Shown here: positions 28,734 through 39,364 of the stretch, piece by piece | Numbering within the stretch: position 1 is the stretch's first letter | Layout of the letters: each line of letters begins with the position of its first letter | Origin: a bacterium | Lineage (GTDB): Bacteria > Zhuqueibacterota > Zhuqueibacteria > Residuimicrobiales > Krinioviventaceae | Assembly: GCA_963693055.1 (NCBI GenBank) | Contig: OY843751.1 | Coordinates: 3,008,001 to 3,072,000 of the forward strand | Length of the DNA: 64,000 nt | Reading direction: 5' to 3' | Translations under genes and position numbers: made by a program | Notes under the pieces: model-generated | Database searches by the model: none | The model's input: the letters and a program-made list of their open reading frames with translations, nothing else | What the model was told of the DNA's origin: nothing

Positions 28734-30803
28734 TCAATCTATCCAAAAGGTGTGTTTACGGGTAGCGATGTTTCCGCAACGATCTTTAACAAACAATTCC
28801 AGGGTATGCATTCCTTTTTTTAAATTGTGTTTCGGTTTATAAGTCAAAGTCAGATGTTCAGGATCGTAAACAGCAATCACCTTCCTTCCATCCAACTTTA
28901 TTATCCGGTCTTTTTCATCATCAATTCCAGATAATGTATCTTTAATTACAGCTTTGAATACAGGTCTGAGGTTGGTTAAACGGCTGTTATTACCGGGATA
29001 AAAATACATAATATCCGGTTTTTCATCGTCAATGATCAGTGCATGTGTACCAAACGTTCCCACATGTCCACCAACTGAATGGTTAGAGCGATCATATTCA
29101 CTACCAAAATATCGCCACGATTTACTACCGCTCTTGTAATAAATACCAACCTTTTCAGCAGGTACGTCAAGCTGATTCATCTTGATCATGACATGAGCAC
29201 CTTTAAACAAGGGTACATCTTTGGGATCAATACTGTAAATATTACTGGCAAATTTGTATTTACTTGTATCAACTGCTTTAGTCTTTTCAGCCCGGACAAA
29301 TACAGGTTTATATAAAGAGTTATACGAGAAAGATATTGTACAGGAATCATCCGGAATAGTGATGGTTTTATTGGTTCTGAAAGGAATGGTTACAAAATCT
29401 ATGCTCTCACGTTGTCGTAAAAATTCATACAAATCTCCACCCAAAACACTCAAAGTTATAGGTCCCTCATCATGTGACGATAACGGAATAGCACCAATAA
29501 ACTTGTTTTGTATTTTGGATAAAGATAAAGGATGTGATACATTGTTTGCAAAACGATATGTAACGGCAATAGAATCAGGCAGTTTGATAACAGGTGTCAA
29601 TTCCAAACGTAGGTGACTATCATAAAACTGGTGTTCAATATTGAAAAATTGAGTATCAGGACAGGTGAGATGATTTGCCAACAATAAATCGGTATTGTGT
29701 ATACTGTTTTGTACCACAGAATTATCTTTAACAAGTAATTTGCCAATAACCTGACTGGTATTTCCCCAAAAATCTTTAGCAACAATTCTAAAAGAATGCT
29801 CACTTCCACTTATTATTCGAGTTCCTGCAAAAGATTGATAATCAACATTTTCATCTTTTGTAAAATAAACAACTCCATAATAAGAATCATTATCCGCATA
29901 AAACGGTAATGTATTTCCAATATCACGGTAAAGCTTGTAGAAAAATCCCATTCCCCACTGGTTTAACCTAAATTCACGGTCAAGAATTGCCAAATGATTT
30001 TCATTATATGAAAATTTGCTATAAACCGAAGAAAAGATCAACTTGTCATCAATGTACAGTTGGTTTTTAAAGGTACCAAATTTATTAGTAATTTGGTCCA
30101 TTTGATCAAACGCATCAACACCAAAAGCTACCAAACCATTTACAATAATTGGTGAACTCAGGGTATAATATTGAGATTCCAAACGCTGGGTTCTGTATAC
30201 GCGGGGTTTATAATCATAATTAACTGTTGAAAAAGCATCCATAGGTACAAGAGCAACTTTGGTTATCTCAGGGGCAGTAAAATCTACAACCTTGTAACCT
30301 TTTTGCAAAGGATTTATAGGCCTGCCAGAAGCATCTCGCATTTCAAAATGCAGGTGCGGGTAACCAATACCGGTTTGACCGGAATATCCTATTACATCAC
30401 CCTTTTTAAAAGGAAACTGATCCGGCTTACAAAATGTCTGAACTTCGTAATTATCCCGATCTAATTGAACTTGCCAGATATAATCCTCAAGTTCATCATT
30501 AAAACGTTCAAGGTGGCCATAAACAACTGTTTCTCCTGTATCCAATGTCAGGTATAAAGCCTTACCATATCCAAAGGGTGAAACGCGAATACGAGAAATA
30601 TATCCATCGCGAATGGCAAAGATTTCATAACCTGTTTTTCCCCAGGTTTTTATATCTATACCCGCATGAAATCTTCCGGGTCTGTATTCAGCAAAACTTG
30701 AAGTCAACGCACGACTGGCATCAGTTGGCCATCGGTATTCATCTTCCTGAGCATTTAAAAAAGTAACGAGAAGGATAATTAAAAGTGGTAGTATTTTTTT
30801 CAT
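28734..30803 (-). CDS. M23 family metallopeptidase with C-terminal Ig-like extension
   Basis: Signal peptide; HAGID (HxxxD), YGHL, PHLHFE (HxH). Confidence 0.88.
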   Translation of the reverse strand: MKKILPLLIILLVTFLNAQEDEYRWPTDASRALTSSFAEYRPGRFHAGIDIKTWGKTGYEIFAIRDGYISRIRVSPFGYGKALYLTLDTGETVVYGHLERFNDELEDYIWQVQLDRDNYEVQTFCKPDQFPFKKGDVIGYSGQTGIGYPHLHFEMRDASGRPINPLQKGYKVVDFTAPEITKVALVPMDAFSTVNYDYKPRVYRTQRLESQYYTLSSPIIVNGLVAFGVDAFDQMDQITNKFGTFKNQLYIDDKLIFSSVYSKFSYNENHLAILDREFRLNQWGMGFFYKLYRDIGNTLPFYADNDSYYGVVYFTKDENVDYQSFAGTRIISGSEHSFRIVAKDFWGNTSQVIGKLLVKDNSVVQNSIHNTDLLLANHLTCPDTQFFNIEHQFYDSHLRLELTPVIKLPDSIAVTYRFANNVSHPLSLSKIQNKFIGAIPLSSHDEGPITLSVLGGDLYEFLRQRESIDFVTIPFRTNKTITIPDDSCTISFSYNSLYKPVFVRAEKTKAVDTSKYKFASNIYSIDPKDVPLFKGAHVMIKMNQLDVPAEKVGIYYKSGSKSWRYFGSEYDRSNHSVGGHVGTFGTHALIIDDEKPDIMYFYPGNNSRLTNLRPVFKAVIKDTLSGIDDEKDRIIKLDGRKVIAVYDPEHLTLTYKPKHNLKKGMHTLELFVKDRCGNIATRKHTFWID

Positions 30804-32068
30804 AATTCGTCGAGTATTTGTGCCAGATAACGGGTTTGTGATTTTCGATCAAATTGTTTAACAAACATTTGATCAGTGGTTTTCATTTCCAAATTTTGGG
30901 TTAAAAGTAAAACAAGATTATTTTTAATTTGTGTAATATCATTCGGATTTGATAATAAAGCCAGTGAATAATCTTTTAATAATACAAAAGTATCAGTAAC
31001 ATTGCTGATACATATAATGGGTTTAAATGAACCCAAATATTCAAAAGTCTTGCCGGGTATAAATGTATCTTGGGCTGTGCCTGTTGCAATCAATAACAAA
31101 GCATTCGAAGCTTTAACATAAGCGATAGCATCATTGTGCTGTTGAAATCCAACAATTTCTATACAGTCTGCAATGTTATACTTGTTTGCCAGGTTACTCA
31201 GGTTACCTGTTACATCTTTGCCAACAAACCGAATTAATAATCTTTGATACAGTTCGGGAGTTTCTCTTTTCAACAAATCCAGCGCTTTGAAAAAAGGTTC
31301 AGGATCGCTGAATTTTGAAATCACACCACTGTAGGTTATTATGTACTTTTCTGCAGGATTTCCATCATCACCTTTAAAATCATCAGGATCATAGCCATTT
31401 GTTATAAGGTAATGTTTTTGGTTAGGATTAATGTCAGCAAAAACTTTTTGAATTCCTTCAGAAACACTAATGACTGCATCAGCAGAATGAATAACAGAAC
31501 GCTGATATTTTTGATGTAAATAACGCTGTATGAATGTAGGCTCGTATACTACATGCCCACCAGCCCAATCGTCCCTGAAATCAGCAATCCAGGAGATATT
31601 GAACTTTTTCTTGATTTTCATTGCTAGCAGATGTGTAGAATGCGGTGGTCCGGTAGAAATTACAGCATCAAAAGATTCATCAGAAAACAATTTGCAAATT
31701 TTTCGAAAAGCCAACCAATTCCAAAGAATTTTAGTATCCGGAATACAAAAAAAAGCAAATACCTTTTGATTCAGAAATTGCATCAATGATGATGGTTTCA
31801 TTTCAGCACCAACAGTAGATGTATTTTGGGCAGGTTTCATTTTGTACAACAATCTCTGCGGATCCCATGAACCGGTACGAATAACCCTGATGTTTTTCAA
31901 ATCATCCAATAGAGAAGCATCTTTGGCCCAATAAAGAATATCTTTCACAGTAATGACAGTTGGCTCCCAATTATTATGAGGAAGGTATTTCACAAATTTG
32001 GTCATCCTTTGTGAACCGCCTAAACCCAAAGGTGGAAAGTAATATGAAAGTACAAGAACCTTTTTCAT
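30800..32068 (-). CDS. GT4-family glycosyltransferase
   Basis: SYYFPP, STGPPHSTH, ADFRDDW, PGKTFEY; ATG overlaps the epimerase stop (TGATG). Confidence 0.88.
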   Translation of the reverse strand: MKKVLVLSYYFPPLGLGGSQRMTKFVKYLPHNNWEPTVITVKDILYWAKDASLLDDLKNIRVIRTGSWDPQRLLYKMKPAQNTSTVGAEMKPSSLMQFLNQKVFAFFCIPDTKILWNWLAFRKICKLFSDESFDAVISTGPPHSTHLLAMKIKKKFNISWIADFRDDWAGGHVVYEPTFIQRYLHQKYQRSVIHSADAVISVSEGIQKVFADINPNQKHYLITNGYDPDDFKGDDGNPAEKYIITYSGVISKFSDPEPFFKALDLLKRETPELYQRLLIRFVGKDVTGNLSNLANKYNIADCIEIVGFQQHNDAIAYVKASNALLLIATGTAQDTFIPGKTFEYLGSFKPIICISNVTDTFVLLKDYSLALLSNPNDITQIKNNLVLLLTQNLEMKTTDQMFVKQFDRKSQTRYLAQILDEL

Positions 32069-32943
32069 CAATACTTTCTCCCCAGGGTAAGATAAGTTTT
32101 TTCGTAAATCTTGTATCCCAACCATAGAACATGATTGAATGGCTTGTCTTGCATTTTTTTCCAGCGTTCAGCAATTTCTAAAAAACGGTTATTCTGAAAT
32201 ACGCGTCCCAGTGCTAACATTTGTCGAACATGGAGTTCATGATACATGTGCGAAGCAGGACGTTTAATTGTAAAAAGATCATAACGGGTCCAAAATCCCA
32301 TATCCCATTTCTGCCAATGCTCAAGAATTGTATTGGCTCCCTTGTTAGCAAGATCATTCCATTGAGATTCGTTGCTATATAAAGCAAAATCCTTAACTCC
32401 TAAAAGCGCAAAAATAAATCCATTCAAAACATGCGGGGCAGGCATTGCAGGATATTCTTGAAAAACAGGACTATTATTATCAATATAATCAGTCACTCCC
32501 TGATTCAAAACAGGATAAAGAAATGTTTGAATAGCCTGTTCTGCAATATCTACATATTTTTCATTTCGGGTTTCCTGATATGCTCGCAACAAGAGAGAAA
32601 CAGCTTCTCCCTGTGCCATTCCAGATATCCACGGAGGTTTGGGGCCATATAGAGGGAGTTGAAAATCCATGATCCAGGCCAAGGTGCCATTTTTCCAGGA
32701 TCTTGCATTCTCCACCAACCAGTCTGCACAATGCATCGCCAAATGGGTAGAATGCTTGTAATCCAATTCTTCTCGAAAACTGAAATGATGCAAACCAAAC
32801 TGAGAAATGGTAATAGGATTATATTTCAATCCAATATTTCCACCATAATCTACTCTGGGTAATCCGTCAGAATCAAAACTATATTCATCAAAGTCTTCCA
32901 GACCGCGCCAGTCAACAGGATATTTATAAGGTATATCAGCCAT
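32068..32943 (-). CDS. D-glucuronyl C5-epimerase C-terminal-domain protein
   Basis: YNPITISQ, WISGMAQG, FQEYP, HVLNGFIFALLG, RYDL, YHELHVRQ. Confidence 0.85.
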   Translation of the reverse strand: MADIPYKYPVDWRGLEDFDEYSFDSDGLPRVDYGGNIGLKYNPITISQFGLHHFSFREELDYKHSTHLAMHCADWLVENARSWKNGTLAWIMDFQLPLYGPKPPWISGMAQGEAVSLLLRAYQETRNEKYVDIAEQAIQTFLYPVLNQGVTDYIDNNSPVFQEYPAMPAPHVLNGFIFALLGVKDFALYSNESQWNDLANKGANTILEHWQKWDMGFWTRYDLFTIKRPASHMYHELHVRQMLALGRVFQNNRFLEIAERWKKMQDKPFNHVLWLGYKIYEKTYLTLGRKY

Positions 32944-32968
32944 TCATTTCCCGGTTAATCAAATATTT

Positions 32969-32997
32969 AAAATACAAAAAAAATATGAGGAATGCAA
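32969..32997 (-). promoter_or_regulatory. sigma70-like promoter for epimerase-GT4-M23
   Basis: TTGCAT-N17-TATTTT on the minus strand. Confidence 0.4.
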
Positions 32998-33018
32998 GAG
33001 AGGTAAAAACAATACAAT

Positions 33019-33735
33019 TTATAATAAATAATCTGGCTTTACATGCTTCATGGATTGAAAAATATTTTCCCGGGCACCATGGTGGTCTTGCTCAATTTTA
33101 TAAAGTAATTCTTTAACATATTGTCGCTGCGAATGTCCATCCGTAGGGCATTCCTGATCAAAACATGGAATTGCATTTTCTACAGCATAATTTTTTATCA
33201 TTTTCTCGCTTACAAACAACAAGGGTCTAATAATATGAAATTTCCCCTTGAGGATTTCCAATTTGGGGGGCATGGTACTAATATTTCGACTGAATATCAT
33301 ATTCAATAACAACGTTTCCACTATATCATCTTTATGGTGTCCAAAAACAACTTTATTACAATTCAACTCTTCAGCAGTTTCGAATATCTTTTTACGACGG
33401 ATACGTGTACACAAAAAACATGGATTTTCCAGATTTTCTTCACTATGCGAATATGGGCCAATGCTTGTCCTGATAATTTTAGCTTCTACACTAAGGGAAT
33501 CAAAATAATCCTGCATAATCTTGCATCGGTTATCTGCATTTTCGCCAAATCCCATATCCACATAAAATGCAAACAGTTTTATATCTTTACCATAAATAAA
33601 AGAACGGTGCTTTAATACTTTTAATAAAGACATAGAATCTGCACCACCGGAAACACATACTAACACCCTGTCTCCTTTTTCAAGCAGATTATATTCCCAT
33701 ATTGCTTTGTCTAATCTAGAAAAAAGTTTTTTCAA
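33019..33735 (-). CDS. TtcA-family PP-loop tRNA thiolation ATPase
   Basis: SGGADS PP-loop, CFLC, GHHKDD, IIRPL. Confidence 0.85.
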   Translation of the reverse strand: MKKLFSRLDKAIWEYNLLEKGDRVLVCVSGGADSMSLLKVLKHRSFIYGKDIKLFAFYVDMGFGENADNRCKIMQDYFDSLSVEAKIIRTSIGPYSHSEENLENPCFLCTRIRRKKIFETAEELNCNKVVFGHHKDDIVETLLLNMIFSRNISTMPPKLEILKGKFHIIRPLLFVSEKMIKNYAVENAIPCFDQECPTDGHSQRQYVKELLYKIEQDHHGARENIFQSMKHVKPDYLL

Positions 33736-35810
33736 AAACCAGCTTCCTGTCGTTTATTGGCAATAACCTGTTCCAACTTTTCAATGAAAGCTTGTGCTTG
33801 CTTACGGCCGCCATGAACTCTTCCATCAGACAGTTCTATACCCTTTTTCACTTCAACAAATCCAATACTTAATTTGCCTTCCTTAATATGGGCCAGACCC
33901 TGTTGATACAAAACTTCAGCAAGTTTTGCAGTATCATTAATTTCAAGTGCTGTGTTTACACCATTGTCAAAATATTGCTGTGCGGCGTTCCAGTTTTGCA
34001 ATTGTGCCTCTAATTCTCCTAGGTAACGATAACTGTCAATCATTAGAGGATAATTTTTTAAAAGCCTTCCATTCTGCAATGCTTTTTGCAAAAATGGATT
34101 TGCCTCAACATATTGTTTATTTTTTAGAGTTATAACGCCCAAATTAAGATCAATATATGAGGTATAAAATTTATCATCAAGCATTTCAAAATAATTTTTG
34201 GCAACAATGAAATCGTTTTTAGCTGTTTGCAAATTATTCAAAGCCAAATGAACCAATCCCAGTTCATAACGGGCACGTGCAATATCAGGTTCACTTTGCA
34301 AACCATTGGCCATTGCCAAATATCGTTTAGCAGCAATTTCCGCTTTATCCAATGCATTTACTTTTCTATATATATAAGACAATTTACTCTGTGGAAGCAT
34401 TGCTCTAAATGTATCTTTTAAATAAGCGTACTGTTTTACACTTTTTTCATGATGAAGAATCGCCAAAGATAGATCCTTTTTAATCTCGAACAAAAGCCCC
34501 AAATTATAATGAATTTCAGCAACACTTGCAGAATCCACTGGCGGATTTTTTTGGTTCAATAAATCCTGATATATCTTTTCAACAGTTGACCATTGCTGTT
34601 GCAAACCTGCTTGTTTAGCTTCCTCAATTCTGCATAAATTTTCACCAAATTGATCATTCAAAGCTCGAAAAGAAGCTCTGGCATAATCAAGCATTTGTAT
34701 GGATTGATCAAAGCTGTAAATGGTACGACAAAATGCTGCGAAATTTAATCCAATCCAGGGTTTTAATGGCGATGCAGCTTCTAAAAATCGATAAATCATG
34801 TTATAATTATCGAATAATTGTTGTTTAAATACATCCGTTGTCATGAGCCCTGAAACCCAGTTGTGATGCATTATCTGTGTTCTGTAAATAAATAATGGTA
34901 AATTGGTCTTGTTCAACTCCAATTGTGTTAACGCACCATTGTCGTTCAAGACTATTGAACAAAAAGTATTTGGATTAAATTGATCAGCACCCTGCTGAAA
35001 GCTGAAAAAAGGTTCAATAAGGGGCACATGAGGATATTCAACTTGCAGTGCCGGAGTATTGGGGCTTGAATATGGAAATACCATTGTAACAGGTTCATTT
35101 TTCTTTTTAGAAAAATCCAATGCAAAACGGGCTGAATATTGATTTGTCATATTGGCCATATCCATAGCAGATAGATCTTTGCTGGAAATCATTTTATATT
35201 TTAGAGAACCATTCCAATAAGCACTTTTATTATCAAAAAAGGTATTATTGATTACATCCAATGTTTTTGATAATAGAATATTTTTAGAATCATCTGTAAA
35301 CAAGAGGATACCAAAATCAGTGTTTTCAAAGGAAACACCATATTGACCCCATTGATTATTTACCAGATTTTCATATATACTGATCTGAGAAGTAATATTG
35401 CTAATTACAGAAGACGCTTTCAAATTCTGCAAACCAACTTTTTTTTCGTTTAATACAATACCAGATGGAAACTCTAATAAATGCATTGAAAACAAATTAT
35501 CTTCAGCATTTACAAAAAGTAATAAATCCAGATTTTTCTCATTGTGGTATTCAAATAAATTCACCGGACTTATAATTTGTGCAAAATCAATTGAAAAAGG
35601 GATTTTGAAATCTTTATCAGGATAAATATTTTCATTCAATCGTAAGTAATTTGAATTTTTAATCCCTGATTTTAATTGATCAAAATATGCGGCCATCTCA
35701 CCAGTCCATAATGTATCCTTTCCCCTTTTTATTATTGCAATATTTACAGGTTTGGCAATAACCTGCAATGATAAAAACAATATGATAACTACAAAAAATA
35801 CTTTACGCAT
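33732..35810 (-). CDS. Hypothetical exported protein with C-terminal TPR array
   Basis: Signal peptide MRKVFF...VIA; TPR-like helices (YNLG, YELG, RYLG, YQQG) in the C-terminal half. Confidence 0.65.
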   Translation of the reverse strand: MRKVFFVVIILFLSLQVIAKPVNIAIIKRGKDTLWTGEMAAYFDQLKSGIKNSNYLRLNENIYPDKDFKIPFSIDFAQIISPVNLFEYHNEKNLDLLLFVNAEDNLFSMHLLEFPSGIVLNEKKVGLQNLKASSVISNITSQISIYENLVNNQWGQYGVSFENTDFGILLFTDDSKNILLSKTLDVINNTFFDNKSAYWNGSLKYKMISSKDLSAMDMANMTNQYSARFALDFSKKKNEPVTMVFPYSSPNTPALQVEYPHVPLIEPFFSFQQGADQFNPNTFCSIVLNDNGALTQLELNKTNLPLFIYRTQIMHHNWVSGLMTTDVFKQQLFDNYNMIYRFLEAASPLKPWIGLNFAAFCRTIYSFDQSIQMLDYARASFRALNDQFGENLCRIEEAKQAGLQQQWSTVEKIYQDLLNQKNPPVDSASVAEIHYNLGLLFEIKKDLSLAILHHEKSVKQYAYLKDTFRAMLPQSKLSYIYRKVNALDKAEIAAKRYLAMANGLQSEPDIARARYELGLVHLALNNLQTAKNDFIVAKNYFEMLDDKFYTSYIDLNLGVITLKNKQYVEANPFLQKALQNGRLLKNYPLMIDSYRYLGELEAQLQNWNAAQQYFDNGVNTALEINDTAKLAEVLYQQGLAHIKEGKLSIGFVEVKKGIELSDGRVHGGRKQAQAFIEKLEQVIANKRQEAGF

Positions 35811-35831
35811 CACACCCTCCATTATAATGTA

Positions 35832-37025
35832 TTAATCCCGAATCCATTGTGAGTCATAACGAGTTTGTAACAGACTGGCACGCGTTATGGATTGTTCTCC
35901 AAATTTTTCTCTTACTTTATCCAGTACTGAATCTATTTGCTTATCAGACTGTTTTATCTTTTCAAAAAGATCCATCTGCTTTTCATTTTTTTCAAGATGA
36001 GATAATGAAACACCAAGCAGCCTGACTTTGGACGTTCTTTCAAAAGAGTAAAACATATCTTTTATCTGATCAAACAGTTCATTCGTTGAGGAAATGACCA
36101 TTGAAAACGAACGTGAGCGGGTAAAAGTACTGAAATCAGATAACCGAATTTTCATAGTTACTGTTTTACCCCACAATTGTTTTCGACGCATTTCTCTGCA
36201 CAACTCTGTACATATAAATAACAAAGTTTGAATCAATTTATTTTCATCATCTTGGTCATGTTCAAAAGTAATTTCTTTACTAATGGATTTTGCTGCTGTA
36301 TATGACTCAATCTGCCTGTTATCTTTGCCATTAGCAAGCTGCCAGAAATGGAGTCCTGATTTTCCAAACTTTTTTATTATTTCCTGTTGCGAATGCTGTG
36401 CCAAATCGCCAATGGTTCGAATACCCATTTTCTGCATATGCGGCAGTGTTTTCTTTCCAACTCCCCATAATTTAGAAATATCCAATGGTGAAAGAAATTC
36501 CATTACCTTATCTTCTTCAACAACTACCAGACCATTCGGTTTTTCCAGATCAGAAGCTATTTTTGCTAAAAACATGCTGGGGGCAATACCAACAGAAGCA
36601 GTAAGTTGGGTTTCATCATATATTTGTTTTTTAAGAGCTATTGCAGTATCTCTGGGTGTTTTGTAAAATTTATATGTATTGGAAATATCAAGAAAAGCTT
36701 CGTCAATACTCAAAGGCTGCATATCTGGAGAATAAGATCCCAATATTTTCATAATCTGCTTGGATACGCGCGCATATTGAGCGCCACGGGTGTGAACATA
36801 TATACCATGGGGACACAATCTATATGCCTGAGATATGGGCATTGCTGAATGAATACCAAATTTTCGAGCCTCATAACTGCATGTAGATACTACTCCCCTG
36901 CCTTTCCCTTTTTTGGGATCAGAACCTACAATTACCGGTTTACCACGATATTCCGGATTGTCTCGCTGTTCAATCGCAGCAAAAAAGGCATCCATATCAA
37001 GATGTAAGATGATACGAGGTTTCAT
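35832..37025 (-). CDS. dinB: DNA polymerase IV (Y family)
   Basis: HLDMDAFFAAIE, CSYEAR, SIDEAFLD, SDLEKPNG, clamp motif QMDLF. Confidence 0.95.
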   Translation of the reverse strand: MKPRIILHLDMDAFFAAIEQRDNPEYRGKPVIVGSDPKKGKGRGVVSTCSYEARKFGIHSAMPISQAYRLCPHGIYVHTRGAQYARVSKQIMKILGSYSPDMQPLSIDEAFLDISNTYKFYKTPRDTAIALKKQIYDETQLTASVGIAPSMFLAKIASDLEKPNGLVVVEEDKVMEFLSPLDISKLWGVGKKTLPHMQKMGIRTIGDLAQHSQQEIIKKFGKSGLHFWQLANGKDNRQIESYTAAKSISKEITFEHDQDDENKLIQTLLFICTELCREMRRKQLWGKTVTMKIRLSDFSTFTRSRSFSMVISSTNELFDQIKDMFYSFERTSKVRLLGVSLSHLEKNEKQMDLFEKIKQSDKQIDSVLDKVREKFGEQSITRASLLQTRYDSQWIRD

Positions 37026-37849
37026 TATTTTGGCTTTTGCATGACTATAAAAGAACGTACCCCATTAGGTATAATTTTGATCAGTACACGGTCAAGATAA
37101 AGAAAATGGGTTACGTTGTAAATAAAATTGGTAAACCGATGAAAAAAAGATTCATTCCAAATTGCAAATGCTTCAGATCTGATATATTTATTCAAGATCC
37201 TACAACTCAACAACAAAATTACAGGTAACTTTGTTGCATATTTGACTTCTTTTTCAAATGATCCAAATTTTAAAGCCTGCAAGCCTTCTTTTTCTGCCAT
37301 TTCCACCAGCTCATAGGGTTTGTAAGCAGTATGAAAATAGCTGTCGCCGCATTCGCAATCCACATCGTATGTTGTTAAAGATCCTACTGCCATATAAGTG
37401 GGACGAGTACGGTTAAAATTCGGGGTTGTAAGTAACGCAATACCACCAGGTTTAAGTACAGTGGCTATGCCGTTAAATATTTCCTGAGGATTTAAACAAT
37501 GTTCCAATACTTCGCTGCACAAAACATGATCAACACTGCTTTCAGAAATACACAGCTTTTCGGCATCAGAAACTGCAAGGTTGACTGGTTTTTCCCGATG
37601 TGCCTGTTTCAACACACTAAAACTGAGATCGATCCCAAAACGGGAACCATTATCGTAATGCTGTAAATACATCCCCCGATTGGTACCAATCTCTAACAAA
37701 GATCCCTTGAAAGAGTTTAAATATTTTAATACAAATCGCTTGCGAAGTTTTCCACGAAGCGTTTGATAAACAATCTCTTCTTCAGGGTATTTTTCGCCAC
37801 ACTGTTCATAAAACTTTTTCAAAGCTGTTTTTTCATCCATTCTTAACAT
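37025..37849 (-). CDS. Class I SAM-dependent methyltransferase
   Basis: LLEIGTNRG, GIDLS, CSEVLEH, LKPGG, TTPN. Confidence 0.85.
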   Translation of the reverse strand: MLRMDEKTALKKFYEQCGEKYPEEEIVYQTLRGKLRKRFVLKYLNSFKGSLLEIGTNRGMYLQHYDNGSRFGIDLSFSVLKQAHREKPVNLAVSDAEKLCISESSVDHVLCSEVLEHCLNPQEIFNGIATVLKPGGIALLTTPNFNRTRPTYMAVGSLTTYDVDCECGDSYFHTAYKPYELVEMAEKEGLQALKFGSFEKEVKYATKLPVILLLSCRILNKYIRSEAFAIWNESFFHRFTNFIYNVTHFLYLDRVLIKIIPNGVRSFIVMQKPK

Positions 37850-39338
37850 TCCTCAAAACGGGTAATCCCAATAGAATGGATTTCATTTTACTCAATTCGG
37901 ATGGTTCAAAGAACCGCATAACAAAGAGTAATACCGGAAATGCGAATAGCAGTAAAGATTTCAATATCAAGCTGCTTGCAATCCAGGGTTGAATACCCAA
38001 AACATATACAACAGCTGCCGCAATTACAATTTTTATTACACGCATCCATTCGTACTCTATTTTGTAAAGCTTGGCGGCTACTGTATAAAGAGAAATTGAC
38101 ATAATAATATAAGCAATAACCCGTGCCCACGCTGCTCCCATAATCCCTAAAACGGGTATAAGAGTAACGTTTGCTATTACATTACCCAACATACCTGCGA
38201 TGGTAATAAATGGTAAATATTTTGTTTTTTTATAAAGATAAATTCCAATAATAAAATTTAAATATGCAGCGTAAAATATATAGGCCAGAAAAATAACAGG
38301 AACAACCTTTGTAGCTGGCCAAAAATCAGATCCAAGAATAGTAAAACCACCAATATTGAGTCTTACAATATCTTCAATAAAAAGAGTTAATCCCACATAT
38401 ACAGCAAAGCAAGAAAGAATGACATAGGTAAAGACTTTTTGAAAAATTGCTTTGGCATTATCCTGTTTTGATGTAGCCAAAAAATAGGGATGCCAGGCAA
38501 ACCGAAAAGCGGTAACAAACAAGGCCATAAACATTCCCAGTTTTGCGCCCTGGCTGTAGAGCCCCGCTGCATCAATACTATCCATGCGTTCAAGCAAAGG
38601 CCTGTCTATAGTATCCATTAGTGAAACAGATAATGTTGATGGCAGGTATGGCAATCCAAAAGCAAGCAGCTCTTTCAAAGTAGAAACAGACAAGGTGAAT
38701 CTAAAACGCTTGATAATAATGGGTAATTGTAAAATGACTGTTAGAAATGAGGCCCAAAAGTTTGCTAAAAAGATTCCTTCAATACCACTTTTTAATCCCA
38801 GGATGTAAACAGCATTAAACGTAACATTAATTATTACATTCAAAAATTTGAAAAAGATAAACATAACAGGACGTTCTTCAGCCCTTAATGCCAGAAAAGG
38901 CATAAAAGACAAGGCATCAAAAAACAAGATTCCACATATGATCTTTATCAAATATGTCAGATCAATATTTAACGCATGGGTCTGTTCATCAAATAGTATA
39001 TTTGCAAAAAAACCGGAATTAAAAAACAAAACAAGTGTAAACAAGATGGATGTTATAAAGATTGTCAAAAACGCGGTGGACATGATGCGTTTTTTGCCTT
39101 CCTCTGAATCTTCAAGGATGTAGAAACGGAAAAAAGCCGTGTCCAAACCATAGGTATAAATAATCGTAAAAACTGCAAGGTAAGCAAATAAAACGCCGGC
39201 TACACCCATCTCTGCTTCATTAAATAGATTGGTATGTAATGGCAGCAATAAAAATACAATCATACGATTGACAATATGTCCAATTCCATATACCGCCGAA
39301 TGCTTGAACAAGCGTTTTATGCTGTTAAAAATTGACAT
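37833..39338 (-). CDS. Wzx/MOP-family oligosaccharide flippase
   Basis: KHSAVYG, YGLDTAFFRF, many TM helices, DRPLL, IMGAAWA. Confidence 0.85.
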   Translation of the reverse strand: MSIFNSIKRLFKHSAVYGIGHIVNRMIVFLLLPLHTNLFNEAEMGVAGVLFAYLAVFTIIYTYGLDTAFFRFYILEDSEEGKKRIMSTAFLTIFITSILFTLVLFFNSGFFANILFDEQTHALNIDLTYLIKIICGILFFDALSFMPFLALRAEERPVMFIFFKFLNVIINVTFNAVYILGLKSGIEGIFLANFWASFLTVILQLPIIIKRFRFTLSVSTLKELLAFGLPYLPSTLSVSLMDTIDRPLLERMDSIDAAGLYSQGAKLGMFMALFVTAFRFAWHPYFLATSKQDNAKAIFQKVFTYVILSCFAVYVGLTLFIEDIVRLNIGGFTILGSDFWPATKVVPVIFLAYIFYAAYLNFIIGIYLYKKTKYLPFITIAGMLGNVIANVTLIPVLGIMGAAWARVIAYIIMSISLYTVAAKLYKIEYEWMRVIKIVIAAAVVYVLGIQPWIASSLILKSLLLFAFPVLLFVMRFFEPSELSKMKSILLGLPVLRNVKNG

Positions 39339-39364
39339 CTTGGATTTCCAGTACTAATGACCTG

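Noticed and set aside
35832-37025. dinB as part of a prophage or imuABC mutagenesis cassette
   Set aside because: No integrase, transposase, imuA, dnaE2 or lexA nearby, and the flanks are housekeeping genes.
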